A DNA stretch of 64,000 nucleotides. Origin: Bispira polyomma (Eukaryota). The notes beneath the pieces are model-generated. The model was not told the DNA's origin and searched no databases. It saw only the letters and a program-made list of their open reading frames with translations. The stretch is from assembly GCA_965649765.1 (NCBI GenBank), contig OZ287757.1, positions 31,186,001 through 31,250,000 on the forward strand, written 5' to 3'. This document shows, one piece after another, positions 25,520-38,024 of this stretch. The position numbers were made by a program, and so were the translations under genes. Position 1 is the first letter of the stretch. Every line of letters starts with the position of its first letter.

Positions 25520-26392
25520 AATAACAAATGGGAGCTAACAACAGGCTTCATATGGCATTTAGACCAAAAACAAGGAAATATTACCAGAGTCTGTTCAGAA
25601 CTTTCATTGCATTCTGTTTGTCCACTGGGTTGGTATTACAAGGCCTGGAAATAAAAATGTTATGTCATTCTTAGAATACTTGGTAATAAATAAAGTGTCT
25701 CTCCATATGGTGGCAAACTATGTATCAGCCATAAAGGCCATGAGTATCGTGTATGATTTGCCATTTCAAATTAATTTTTGATCACCCAAAGGTGAAATAC
25801 TTTGTAAAGTCTTTGAAGATCAATAGAACACATGCAATAGTAAAACGAAATGTATTAGATCTAGACACACGAAGTTAATCAGGCAATATGAGCATATAAG
25901 CAATTCACAGGTTGTTAAAGCTATTTTCCTTATAGGGTTTTTTGGATTCTTTAGGCTTTCTAATTTGACTCCAGACTCGGTGAAAGATTTTGATTCTTCA
26001 CGTCATTTTACAGGTGGAGATGTGTTTTTTTGAGAAAAATGGTGTTAAACTCTTATTAAAATGGTCTAAAACTTTGTAAAATAGAGGTTCAAATAGTTAC
26101 TCTGTCTAGATTGAGATTCTCAGTATTGTGGCATTGAAAAACCTGTTAAAGCTATAGGGTAAGAAAAATTCTGGCATCACTTAATCAGAAATTGGGTTAT
26201 CAGGCAAATTTCTATAGATTTCACGCGTTCCGATGTTCAGGTGGCACGTTGGCTTTCCAAGCTCAGGTTCCAATACAACAAATTAAAGATCATGACACCT
26301 GGACGTCAGACTGCATTTGGACTTACATTCAAGCAAGTACAAATACTACAGAAGTGGCCACCACCTTCCAGAGATTGTTAAATGCCAGATAA
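25520..26392 (+). pseudogene. Tyrosine recombinase (phage-integrase-like)
   Basis: Catalytic R (FFRLSNL), HxxR (FHAFR) and Y (WTSDCIWTY) motifs. Confidence 0.85.
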
Positions 26393-26457
26393 TGTTTCTA
26401 CCCCAACTTGTTGGGCTTGAGGCTTTCTTCGCATATTCTATGTTAAAAATTCAAAAA

Positions 26458-28219
26458 CACTGTAAAAGTTAAGGTCAAATGTTTTAAATATGGGTAGCTT
26501 AAACTCAGAATCCACACTTGTGGATAGGTAACCTTAAACTGGCACAGTTTAAGTCAACTTGGGTGACCACTCAAGTTAGGGTCACCTAAAACTTCTTTCT
26601 GTAGGTGTTTCGGAATTAGTTTAAGAGCACCTTCAATGAATATTCAAAAATTGTCTTTAAGTCAAAACTTAAAGTGGAAATTAAGTTTAACCTTAAACTG
26701 GAAAAGTTTTACCTGACCTCAACTAAAGTATTAAAGAGTTTAATTTTTATTATTGTATACTTTATATCAAAATGTACATAGCCAGTAGTTCAGAACTTAT
26801 AGTTTAAACCATTTTACATATATATTTTAAAATAAAAATATATACACCCTCATAGATTTGTTGTCCTTGACTTGGTAGTGGTAGGGACTGAAAAGGTATG
26901 AGTTTAGGTTTTTCCTGAAAGCACTTAGACTTGTTTTGATTGTGGATAGCAGTAGGGAGCTTGTTGCTTACACTAATAATGACTACAAGCCTTCTTTAGG
27001 GAACAGTACTTTGAGACTAAAATCCTATTTTATATAGACAAGTTACCAGCCCTGATGAGTGAGACTAAAGTATATTATATATAAGCTGCATTTAACTTAC
27101 TCAAGAAAGCAATTTTCCTAGCAATACCAATGAGTATGAGGCTCAAACATAAATTCCCTAAAGATACCATGACCTTAATTCTAATTGACATTAAAATATG
27201 GACCTTTCTTCTAGTGCCTCCAAAACAAAATCGCAGAAAGTGAGCCTTAGTTTTTAACATTTTGTTTCAAGATAATTTGTATTAAAATAAGAAATCCTTT
27301 ACCATTGCTTGCCAATATATTTTACAAGTATCATTAAATTTTAGATTATTTTATTTTTTTTTTTGGGGGGGGGCTCTTTAATTATTGCATTACTTTAGTT
27401 TTAACTTTAAAAAATATTTTAATGCTCACATTTTACACTGTTAGTTAACATTTACTGCATCAATAGATTTATAACAAAGATTGGGCCATTCTCAAGATAC
27501 AAAAACAACATTGGACAAAGAATGAATAGTTACTTAAGAGCTACTACAAATATAGTTTTGGAATGGAGGAATATTATTTAGCAGTCATATAATAATATAT
27601 TTATACCTTTATAGAGATAGCAAGAGCTCATTCAGTTGTTGGCAATATTGAAATAATTTATGCAAATAAGACTCCCCTTCAAACCATTCTTTGTTTTTGT
27701 GATTCATAACTTTATTTTGGGATTCAATCCGTTTTCACAGTTTCTGTAATGAAATAGGTGAACAAAATGGTTGCTAAGATATAACTTGTCAACCAAATCA
27801 TATTTAAGGATTCTCGCTTGGGATATAATTAGCTCAAAATGGCATTGCCCTTCACTGTGATCCTGACATCGTGGTTAACACAGTATTTGAACGAAAATAG
27901 TTTGGGATATTGAATGTATTCTATGTTAATAGATCTACATTAAAGCAATAACTATATAAGGGGCACTACAGCTTGAATACCGAATTTAGAAGGAGGGAGC
28001 CTTAAGTTGAATTTTAAGTTAAGGCTACGATAAAATGATTTAAAATTTAGGTCAGCCTTAACTATGTTTGAGTAAAGTCTACAATAAATTACTAAAGGTT
28101 AGGCTTCACTATCTTTGAGTAAGGCTACCATGAAATAGATCTTAAGGTGACCTTAATTTTTGAAGTGAGGTTACCCAAGAGGAGAATTTTTTTGTTTTTG
28201 ATAACCTTAACTTTTTGTG
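26458..28219. mobile_element. Probable non-autonomous TIR element (CACTA/EnSpm-like) with aaggytaccttaact subterminal motifs
   Basis: Starts cactgtaaaagttaaggt and ends accttaactttttgtg, with repeated motifs near both ends. Related fragments at ~43140-43450 and ~51790-51960. Confidence 0.4.
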
Positions 28220-28344
28220 AGGTAATCGAAGAAAAAGTTTTGAATGTAAATATAAAGTGATGATAAAAGAAGAAAGCTAGGATGGCCCTAAGCGCTTGGG
28301 GTATAATAAGTTATAAATGGCACTACTGCAAAGGTGGAAGATTG

Positions 28345-29921
28345 TTACTAATAATGCTACAAACTATATCACAAAGATTTATACTAATAGTGCTACCACT
28401 ATATCACAAAGATTTATATTAATAGTGCTACAAACTATATCACAAAGATTTACACTAATAGTGCTACAAACTATATCACAAAGATTTGCACTAATAGTGC
28501 TACAAACTATATCACAGAAACTTATACTAATAGTGCTACCACTAAATCGCACAGACTTATACTAGTATTGCTACCACTATATCATATAGACTTATACTAA
28601 TAGTACTACTACTATATCACATAGACTTATACTAATAGTGTGAACACTATATCACATAGACTTATACTAATAGTACTACTACTATATCACATAGACTTAT
28701 AGTAATAGTGTGAACACTGTATCACATAGACTTATATTAATAGTGCTACCACTACATCACATAGACTTTTTTGTATATTTTTATTTCTTTTAATGTTCCC
28801 CTTTTTAACAATTGTTTTGCAGGCAAGTGCAGTAAAAGGGGATTAAAAAGCTCCACTGACCTGTTACAATTAACATGTAGTTTACTATCACATAGTATAT
28901 TTATAATAAAAAGTAACCACATTTATTACAACTTGTCAATATATGAAAAAAAAAACAAAAAAAAAAACACCTTAATACTATTATTAATCCATTAATATTT
29001 TCCATCTATCCCATATTTTACTGAAATGAGCAAAATTTGATTTTATCTTGGCAAGCATTTCCTGCTCTTTATATATACGTTTAATTACCCTTTGTATAAT
29101 ACTAAAATACATTTTTTTATTTAATTTAGCATATTGAAAGAGGTAGTATTTAGTCACTAATATTATTGTATTAACTGGTATAAAGTTTTGATCAAAATAG
29201 GGATAGCCCATTATAATAAAGTAGTCAGTAAAAGTGATTCTTATGTTCAAAACATTTAAAATCCAGCTTGTTATATGGTTCCATATTTCATTTGAAACAT
29301 TACATCTCGCAAACAAGTGGATGATTCTAAATTACATAGTCTACAATTTGCACTTGCCGAAATGTTGATCTGTTTCAGAAAACGTCTGACCCCTATACGG
29401 CGTGTTAGGATACGGTATTGCAGCCAAATTAAAGCATTATCTATCACAGTTTTAAAACAAATTTTGTATGCAAACTTCCAACTATCTATATCAATATTAA
29501 GATTTAAATCTGTATTCCATTTGTCATTACAGAACACTTTTTTTTTAAAATTAAAAACTTTATATAGAGCTCTACTGCCCTTATTATTGCATCACATAGA
29601 CTTATACTAATAGTGTGAACACTATATCAGATAGACTTATAGTAATAGTACTACCACTATATCACAGAGACTTATACTAATAGTGATACCACTACATCAT
29701 AAAGATTTATACTAATAGTGCTAGCACTATATCACATAGACTTATACTAATAGTGTAAACACTATATCACATAGACTTATACTAATAGTACTACCACTAT
29801 ATCACATAGACTTATAGTAATAGTACTACCACTATATCACAGAGACTTATACTAATAGTGATACCACTATATCATAAAGATTTATACTAATAGTGCCACC
29901 ACAATATCACATAGACTTATA
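28345..29921 (+). repeat. 35-36 bp minisatellite (actatatcacatagacttatactaatagtgctacc) split by a LINE insertion
   Basis: Tandem units at 28345-28768 and 29590-29921. Confidence 0.93.
28769..29589 (-). mobile_element. 5'-truncated Tx1/L1-type LINE 3' end with 14-bp TSD
   Basis: LIWLQYRILTRRI...CRLC...LFARC...IW zinc-knuckle region, A-rich tail, TSD catcacatagactt at 28755-28768 and 29590-29603. Confidence 0.88.
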
Positions 29922-30707
29922 GCTACGCTGAATACATCCGACAAGTGAAACATAAAAATCCCTTCCTATGATAAAATTTATGTCATCAATATTTGGCTCT
30001 TGTAGAGCAGTTTATGCATTAATACAAAACACTGTGGTTGTAACTCGTTTTTAATTTTTTATTGGAAAGCAACGATGCTCCTTCACAGGAAAACCAGATT
30101 TGAAAAAGCAGTTTTTTGGGGGTTTTTTTCATTTTACGTCATGCTCATAAACTGTGACAAAACTGCTGAATATTGAAGACTGAAATTAGTTGTATAGCTG
30201 AAAGGGATGGCTTCTTTTCTCAACCTACAATGGAGAAGTGAATGTTTTCACTAAGAATTAATCTATACTATTTTTTATATGAAATTAGGAAAATGACAGT
30301 TAAAATTGAATGAAAAATAAAGTGATATTGATATTTTACCTACAGACCTTGTGTTGCAATTAATCTAAATGTGTGTCTTTACGACAGTACTTCAATATGT
30401 ATTAGTCTTTACAACAGTACTTCAGTATTTAATAGACTTTACAACAGTACTTTAATACTTAATAGTTAATTGTTATAAGAACAGCTAACAGCAAACATGT
30501 TGGAACAGTAAAAATGTGTAACAAAGATGTTGACACTGCAGGACCTTTGTGTAGGTATGTGCTCTACTGAATGCCCTTCTGAATTATTCATGGTTTCTAA
30601 TAGCATCATAACACGATTGTAGGACTCATCTGCTTGTAAACAACTTTTTGGTTCGGTTTTACCACAGAGGAAGAGAAAGACTGTCTGAATAAATAACGAC
30701 AGCCACT

Positions 30708-30948
30708 TAAATTTGAATTTGGATATTTAACGTACACTCTAGTACCTTTTAGTAGGTTATATTGGGACGGGTAGTTGGAAACGCTGGAGGAAACACTGCA
30801 TACAGTTGGTCAAGGTTCTGCACTGAAACCAGCGGCCCACAGTAAGGAACTACCACCTTTCCCACATTCGAACTCACGCCGCCCAGAGGTGAGAGACCAG
30901 TGATTGTGAAGCGCAATGCTTGCTAACCACTAGGCCACTGCGACCCCC
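30708..30948 (-). mobile_element. tRNA-derived SINE with TSD
   Basis: A box tggcctagtgg, B box gagttcgaat, (caaatt)n tail, TSD ataacgacagcYact. Same family as 43863-44097. Confidence 0.85.
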
Positions 30949-31639
30949 ATAACGACAGCTACTGTCAAATTAATTATTTTATTCGAGACTGTAACAGTGT
31001 TTGTTCAAAATACAAAAACCTTCCTTGTTTAACGTATTGATCTTTTAAAATTACTTTTTGTATTCTGAGAAAAAAACTACAACCTAGGCCATATTTTTTG
31101 TTAGATTGATGGGTTTTTTTTCCTAATGTTCTTACATCCCAAGGGGCAGGTTACTTAGTGTAGGAAAGCAAAGCAGGTACTTGATCAAGATTTCTGAACT
31201 ATCAACCACCAGCCTTCAGCAAGCTTACTACCAACTTTCCCACATAGAAGCATTTATCAAATGATGATCTTAATTTAGGCATGTTTTGGACTTTGACCCT
31301 CTATAACTCAACCAGTTCCCAATGTATTTTTAATGTTAGCGGCTCAACTAATAGGTATGGCATTTATTTATCATCCCACCAAATATTATAAGCATGTTAT
31401 GTATAGAAATATTTAACATATTATTTTTCCTTCTGTCAAACTCTGATCCTATTTGTGGTCAAGTTGCAGTGTGAACTCTTCATTCATTCACTGCTTGCAT
31501 TTTAATACACTATGCCAAATATGGGCATTTTGTTTATGATAAGAACCAGCTCAACAGACATAACATCAAAAATCGTCACAAATCTGCTTACAGAAAGTTT
31601 CACTCTACAGAAAGTGCCCTTTTTTTGCACTGGACTGCA

Positions 31640-32170
31640 ACAAAACAGTGGCCCTCACCCTTTTAGGTCTTTCAGCAGCATTCGACACTATTGATCATGG
31701 CCTGCTCTGTGACACTGTCAAGCAGTGGTTTGAAATAAATGGCACTGTCCTTGATTGGATCAGATTCTACCTTACTCTTAGAGCACAAAGAATTAAATTA
31801 GATGATCACCTATCATTTCCATCTGACAAAACTGAATTCATTCTCATTAGAAAAAAGAAAAATAGTGAATTTCATTAAATCTTTGTTCCCCATTTCCCTT
31901 CTGGGAAAAGACATACTGCCTACAAAAAATGCAAAAAACCTGCGTCTCACTTTTGTTTCTGCCTTTCAGTTTGACACTCATATTGCCAACATCTGTTGCT
32001 CCTGCTATTACTACATCAAAATAATCTGAAACCACTCGTCAATGGACACTGCGATAACTGTGGCTAACCCTTGTTAGCTGCCGCCACTACAGCATCTCTC
32101 TTTTCTTCGGAGTAAACAAGTCACAGATGAAAAAGCTGCAGTCCATTCAAAACTACCTATGCAGGGTGAT
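31640..32170 (+). mobile_element. L2/CR1 LINE RT fragment
   Basis: LTLLGLSAAFDTIDH, DKTEFILI, AKNLRLTF, KKLQSIQN. Confidence 0.8.
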
Positions 32171-34086
32171 TAACTCATGTTTAAAGAAAGGTACTTTGTC
32201 TACAACCCATCAGCAGTGTATTATAGTCTCTCTGCCCAAAGGGAATAATGAAAGAAGTTTGATCAAGAGCTAGAGACCTATCTCATGGTTATCTGTGATA
32301 TATAAGCTTGCTTCTGGTGCAATAGCTGAGAGACTGAGAGAATATTGAATAATATTATATCGAATACACAGACCGGATTCCTATTAGGTAGATGTATAAG
32401 TAAATCCAAAGCTTGATTAGAGCCAATCAGAATTTTCACTACTAGGAATTGAATTCTCCACGGATTTAGATGCCATGCTAGATAACAATTATTCAGTTTC
32501 CCTAGAGAAAATTAGAACAGATATTAAAAAATGGAAAAATAGATTCTTGACCCCATTGGGCAAAATAACATCAATAAAAACAAAATTTTTATCAAAACTC
32601 ATTCACTTACTTACAGCTCCACCAACACCGAAGTGTTTCTTAAAAGAAATCAATGATGTAATGTATAAATTCCTATGGAGTGAAAAAATCTGATAAAGTT
32701 AACAGAAATATAATATGTGCTAAACACTTCGAAGGGGGTTTAAAAATGATAAATGTCTATCATTTTGTAAAGTCATTGAAAATAACTTGGCTGCAAAAAA
32801 AGTTGTTCGAAGAGTCATTATCGAGTACTATAAATGAAATTTATGGTAATTTTAACAAAAATTAGGAACACTAGAAGGTGAAATGTGTACCACAGCATCT
32901 AAAACTGGAACAAATGATTGATTGGTCCAAGTATTTCGATACTGGTCATATTTATATCAAATAAAACTGTTTCTTCAAATACAGAAATTTTTGATTCTTG
33001 TTTGTGGTACAATAGCCAAATTTTAAAAAAAATACCTTATTCTTTGCAAACTGGTATAAAAATGGAATAAATTTGGTAGGTCATGTAATAAAATGAATGA
33101 TCATTGGTCATGATGAAATAAATAGACTGTATAATACTACTGTCAATATTCTAGACTACTAGTCTAGAGTAAAGTAAAAACTTTCAAAAAAAAATTTTAA
33201 ATGATAGGAACTTCTCGTACTGTAGGCCCACCTTACCATTTCACCTAAATATACTATACAAATCTATTAAAGGCTGTAAAGAATTTTCTGCAGTCCTTGG
33301 CGAAATTGATAAACAACTTCCTCTGTGCAGATCAAAATGGTCAGGTAGGTTATATATTCCAATGAAGATAATGTATGGATGAATATTATCAAAGCCCTCC
33401 TTAAGACAATACAGGAAAACATGATTATTTGGTTTTAATATAAAATTATCTTTCAGATATTGGATACTAAAGAATATTTACAGAAAATAAAGGTTTATGA
33501 TGCAGATACTTGTAGTTTCTGTAAACAGGACCGAGAAAGTATTCCGCATTTGTCTAACCATTGCCCATATGTAACTGCTCACTGGGAAAATGTTCAACAG
33601 TGAAGTCGTAGTAAATTAGCCATAGATATAGAACTCAGCTACTGAACAAAAACTTAAGGGTATTATAAGCTTTTTGGCCTTTTAATTTTATACTTGTAAT
33701 AACAAGCTTTTATATACATTGATGTTCTAAAAAAACTTTTAGTTTAAACATATATTATCTTCAAAAGTTGATTGTGAGAACGTTTAAAAAACAGAAATAC
33801 CTATAAGAGTATGATTTTATGAATGGAAAATTTATGAAAACATGGGAAGTGTGGGAAAAGTTGTCTGAAAATGTTAAAATGATTTTAAATAAGTAAAAAA
33901 ATCCATATTATATATATACAGTTAACGTGTGTACCTTTGTCAAAGAAAATAGTGTAATTTTGATATGATATGATTAATATGTAAAAATTGTTGTCTCTAA
34001 GAGCCAATAATTATGTTCTTATGTATTGTGTATTGTATTGTGCATTCTACTTTTGTATTGTCAGTCAAACAAAACAAAAAGATAAA
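32171..34086 (+). mobile_element. Tx1/L1-type LINE ORF2 remnant with internal deletions
   Basis: LPKGNNERSLIKS*RPIS, QTGFLLGR, WKNRFLTPLGKITSIK, EGGLKMI, CSFC...ESIPHL...C and A-rich tail. Confidence 0.82.
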
Positions 34087-34850
34087 GTTAGGAGAGTCCG
34101 TTTTGGGTCCAATTCTATTTTCCTTATATACAGCATCTCTCTTGTCATCCACAAGTACAAATCAATCAAGTATCATTTCTATGCTGATGATACACAACTT
34201 TATGTTCATTTATCAAATAGAATTGCAACTTTTGCATTTAATAGCCTTAAAATCTGCCTTGACAATGTGCACAAGTGGAGGTTTGACAATAAGTTGAAAC
34301 GGATAAAACAGAATTTATTTTTTTTGGAACCAAGTCACAATGTGAGAGTTTGGCTGATAATTTCCCAGTCAGTATTCTGGTAAACTTGTTGCATGCTACT
34401 AATACTGCTAGAAACCTGGGTGTAACCTTTTACTCAGATTTCTCATTTGCTAAACATATTCAATCTGTCTGTAGGCCTTGTTTTATCCAGTTGAGAGATC
34501 TGAGACAAGTGAGACGGTACCTGTCTGCTTGCACTGCAACCATGTTGCCAAATGCCCTGGTCAGCAGTCGCCTTGATTACTGTACCTCTCTTTTCAGAGG
34601 TCTCGCTGGGACTAACCTGTGCAAGCTGCCTATTGAGTATAGAGCAATATTCAAAACTGCTACCTTAGTCTATAAATATCTCAATTTAGGTGTCCCTCGG
34701 TATTTCAGTCTTTACTTGTCTCCAGGCGTCTCCATGACCCCTGTACGTCCAATGGCTATATAAAGTTGTAAAAATGATTTTCTGTCTCATGCGCCTTAGA
34801 ACCTGCTAGTACAGAGATAAGTGCTATAAGAGTTAGATTAGATTAGAATA
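34087..34850 (+). mobile_element. L2-type LINE RT 3' fragment
   Basis: SVLGPILFSLY, HFYADDTQLY, ARNLGVTF, NALVSSRLDYC, (ttaga)n tail. Confidence 0.85.
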
Positions 34851-35095
34851 TAACAGGAGTAAATAATATTAACCGGATAGAAATATCATATGCCATAACT
34901 AACAAATTTACTCATAAATTTATTTACACTGTTATCTTACTTAAATATCAAAATTCACTTATTAAACTAAAATATAAAAAAAAAAATTGATTGGACATTT
35001 CACCAGGTGCATCAGAGGCAGCTGAAACTAAATTGCTAGAGAAAACGTTAAGTTGTGAAGCAGTTGTAGCAGAACAACTGGCCATAGTCAGTTTT

Positions 35096-36107
35096 GTCTT
35101 ATTCGTCAGACCTTCTAATGGAATATTAGGTAAAGGCCAGTGTTGGTAATACACTGCTTCACCTCCAGCCAGATATGCAGCCCACCAACTGTATGTGCCC
35201 ACTGACATAATGGTATGGTTACACCTAGACTGGATAGCCAGGTCCATCATGGCTGTATGATTTTCCGAGTAGATGGCATTTGGGAGATTAAGATGTGACT
35301 TTGTCCATGATATATACAATAACCCAGACAATAAGCTTTCCTCGAAATTTGTTCAGCATACAGTTTGTTGCATTTATAAAATAATCAGCTCCAGGGATAG
35401 TGTAACCATATTTTTGGTTACCTGGTGTCAGCATATCTCCCCTTCTTACATGGATTCCCACAAAAACTGTACTTTCATTGGGATCTATTGACACTGGTAT
35501 ATCCTGTGCTATTGTACTCTTTAACCTAGGCCAGAAATAAACATAGGATATGGGATAACCAATCATGCTGATATTCTTCAGTGGCAGCTGCAACATCTTT
35601 TTGAGAAATCGTACGCCAGTTACACCTACTCGAGTAAATGATATTTGCTGAAACAGCTTCTTGTTGACAGACTCACTTGATAAGTTGGCTCGGAAACAAT
35701 TAAATACGCTCTGAGGTTGATCATAGATTATTGATCTGTTGTTGTGAGCTGCAATCCCATTTAAGGTGGCATAGGTAAACAACACATTATCTAGTCCTCT
35801 TCCATCACCAAATACGTGGGTGATATAGGGTGACTTTTTGCTGTTGACATATGTTGCATCGCTTTTCAGTGCAGGGACATTGGTGATGTCTATACTCTCA
35901 GTATGGAAATGGTCATCACATCCCTTTTAAACTGATCGAAGATGAGACAAGGTTGGCATACCATACCAAAATAGTATGCTCACTGAGGAAGTCGAAAACA
36001 CAGTAATTTTATATCTGCATATGTTATATCTTCAACAATACATACAATTTTTCCAGTAAAGTCTTAGTACAGATCCATATATTATTTTCCTTCTTAACAT
36101 ATGCCAT
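35096..36107 (-). pseudogene. GT11 galactoside alpha-1,2-fucosyltransferase (FUT1/FUT2-like) pseudogene, older paralogue
   Basis: FVGIHVRRGDM and CNHTIMSVGTYSWWAAYLAGG. Early frameshift, an internal deletion after STIAQ, a further frameshift, and loss of the C-terminal EYFLPHW. Confidence 0.92.
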
Positions 36108-36189
36108 ATTTCTCAATGGCATAACTACACACAATAGTCAAACATATGTTTCGCCTTGTAAATATCTAAAACATTAAACATTAAAGCAT

Positions 36190-37680
36190 GATATTGTGTG
36201 TTGGGGTTTATTTTCTTTTGGAAACAGATTTTATCTCTTCAGCATCTGTGAAGGTTTTACAAAAACAACGGTGCAAAAACCACATTCACTGTTCAATGGC
36301 ACATCTGATAATTATTCACGATTTTCTTCTTTGTGGACTCTTAGTCTACTTCCACATGAATGCCTCATCTTTGGTGATTTTTACATAAAAGTATACATAA
36401 ATGAGGCCTGGAGTACCAATTTGAAAGCCATCTCAACGTTTTTTGGCTACATTCAGCACATTAAAACAGCTACCCACATCCGCAACCATATTCTAGATCT
36501 AGTAATAAGTCAATATGAGTCAACTCTGCTAAAAACCACAGGTGTCTCTGACGATATCTACTTTTGCAACTATTTCATTACACAAAGATATCAAAGGTAA
36601 AACCAAAGTCTTTAAAATTCGTAGATTAATAAAACCAACATACAAAAATTTAGAAATGACATATTGCCCTCTAACTTCAAATACCCATGTAAACAACATG
36701 AAAGTTCAGGCAACCAATACCACAATCCTCTTACCAAAATACTTGACACACAAGCACCAGTCACCAACAGAGCAGAACTGTTCCACTATCTCCTCCTTAT
36801 CAATACTCGACCATAGCCATTTCTGAGGACAAATGCTGTAAGCGTCAGCTTCAGAGAGTTTGGCATTAGACTTATTACCTCCTCCCCTCTCAAATCCCGT
36901 GACTTAGATCCCATTGCTGCTTCTGTTCTTTCGAAATGTCTTGCCATTCCTATTTCACCCATCACCAACATAGTTAACTTATCACTTTTCCTGCCTGTTT
37001 TAAAACCACTTTTGTTACCCCCCTACTCAAGAAATCCAGCCTTGATAAAACACACTTTAAAATATTAGGCCAGTTTCTATAGTTTTATTTCCAAAATGTT
37101 TGAAAAAGGCTGTTGCTAATCAGATTACGGAACATGTTCAAAAACAACAAGCAGCAAACCTACATCTGCCTACAGAAAACATCATTCCACTGAAAGCGTG
37201 CTCTTACACACATGTAATGACATCGGACTTGCTGTTGACAAAGGTGAAGTAACTTCTCTGACACTACTGGACCTGTAAGCAGCTTTTGATACCATCAACC
37301 ATAACATCTTTAAAGCCACTTTTAGAGCTTTGTTGACATTGAATGCCTCGTTTTGCATTATACCTTGCCAAAAAAAAGCCAAAGAATTAAAATTGATGTC
37401 CATCTTTCTATCTCTTTAAGCTTACCTTTTGAGTCCCCCAGGGATTCATCTTCGGGCTCCTACTGTTTATTACACCTTTCCTCTAAGTTATGTTATAAAC
37501 AAACTTAATATCAAACATAACACGATGACACCCAAGTCTTAAACTGAATCCTAACAAAACTGAATTAATGCTAATCGGCACTAAAAAGACAGGGATAAAC
37601 TTAAATAATTAACTAACTATTCGGCAATGATGTACTCCCAGCTGATGAAGTAAAGAATTTATGTGTCACTTTTGACTTTT
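36190..37680 (+). mobile_element. Degenerate L2/CR1 LINE (APE + RT)
   Basis: CLIFGDF, THIRNHILDLVI, VTPLLKKSSLD, SAYRKHHSTES, LLDL*AAFDTINH. Confidence 0.8.
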
Positions 37681-38024
37681 TTCAGTTAAAAGCTGTGAAT
37701 AACATTATGGTCTGTAAAGAAAATTGTCTCATCTTTTATATAACCTTTCATTCAGACTTGCTTTCAAGTCTTTACTGTTAGTGCAACACTGTATGCCTGC
37801 ATTTTACACAGTTCCCATTCTGTTCAAAAGGTGTCAGCACTAGCTTCTTTATTTAATCCCAAATGTAAACCAGAGGCCTGCAATTGCTGGCGTGAGGTCA
37901 AAATTTTACAACAGGAGTAGAGTGCATCTTTTCAATACTACTGCTTCAACAAGCTTACCTGTGTGTGTGTGGATTGTTAAAAAGGACTCCAGTAAAAACA
38001 CAAGTTTAAATTTCCCTTTCAGTT

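Larger units (their letters stand above)
21830..26430 (+). mobile_element. DIRS-order (DIRS/Ngaro/PAT) tyrosine-recombinase retrotransposon, decayed
   Basis: Gag with a Cys/His knuckle (22046-23030), RT (KPNSKNRHVIIDLSWPKG, YKLDVSRAF, LPYGS, NYIDNF), RNase H (LDAC, CDN, HVPGKDNRTADLLS) and YR (GFFRLSNL, HAFRCSGGT, TWTSDCIWTY), in that order. Confidence 0.9.

Noticed and set aside
28345-29921. 35-36 bp repeats as a CRISPR array
   Set aside because: Units are head-to-tail with no unique spacers, there are no cas genes, and the context is eukaryotic.
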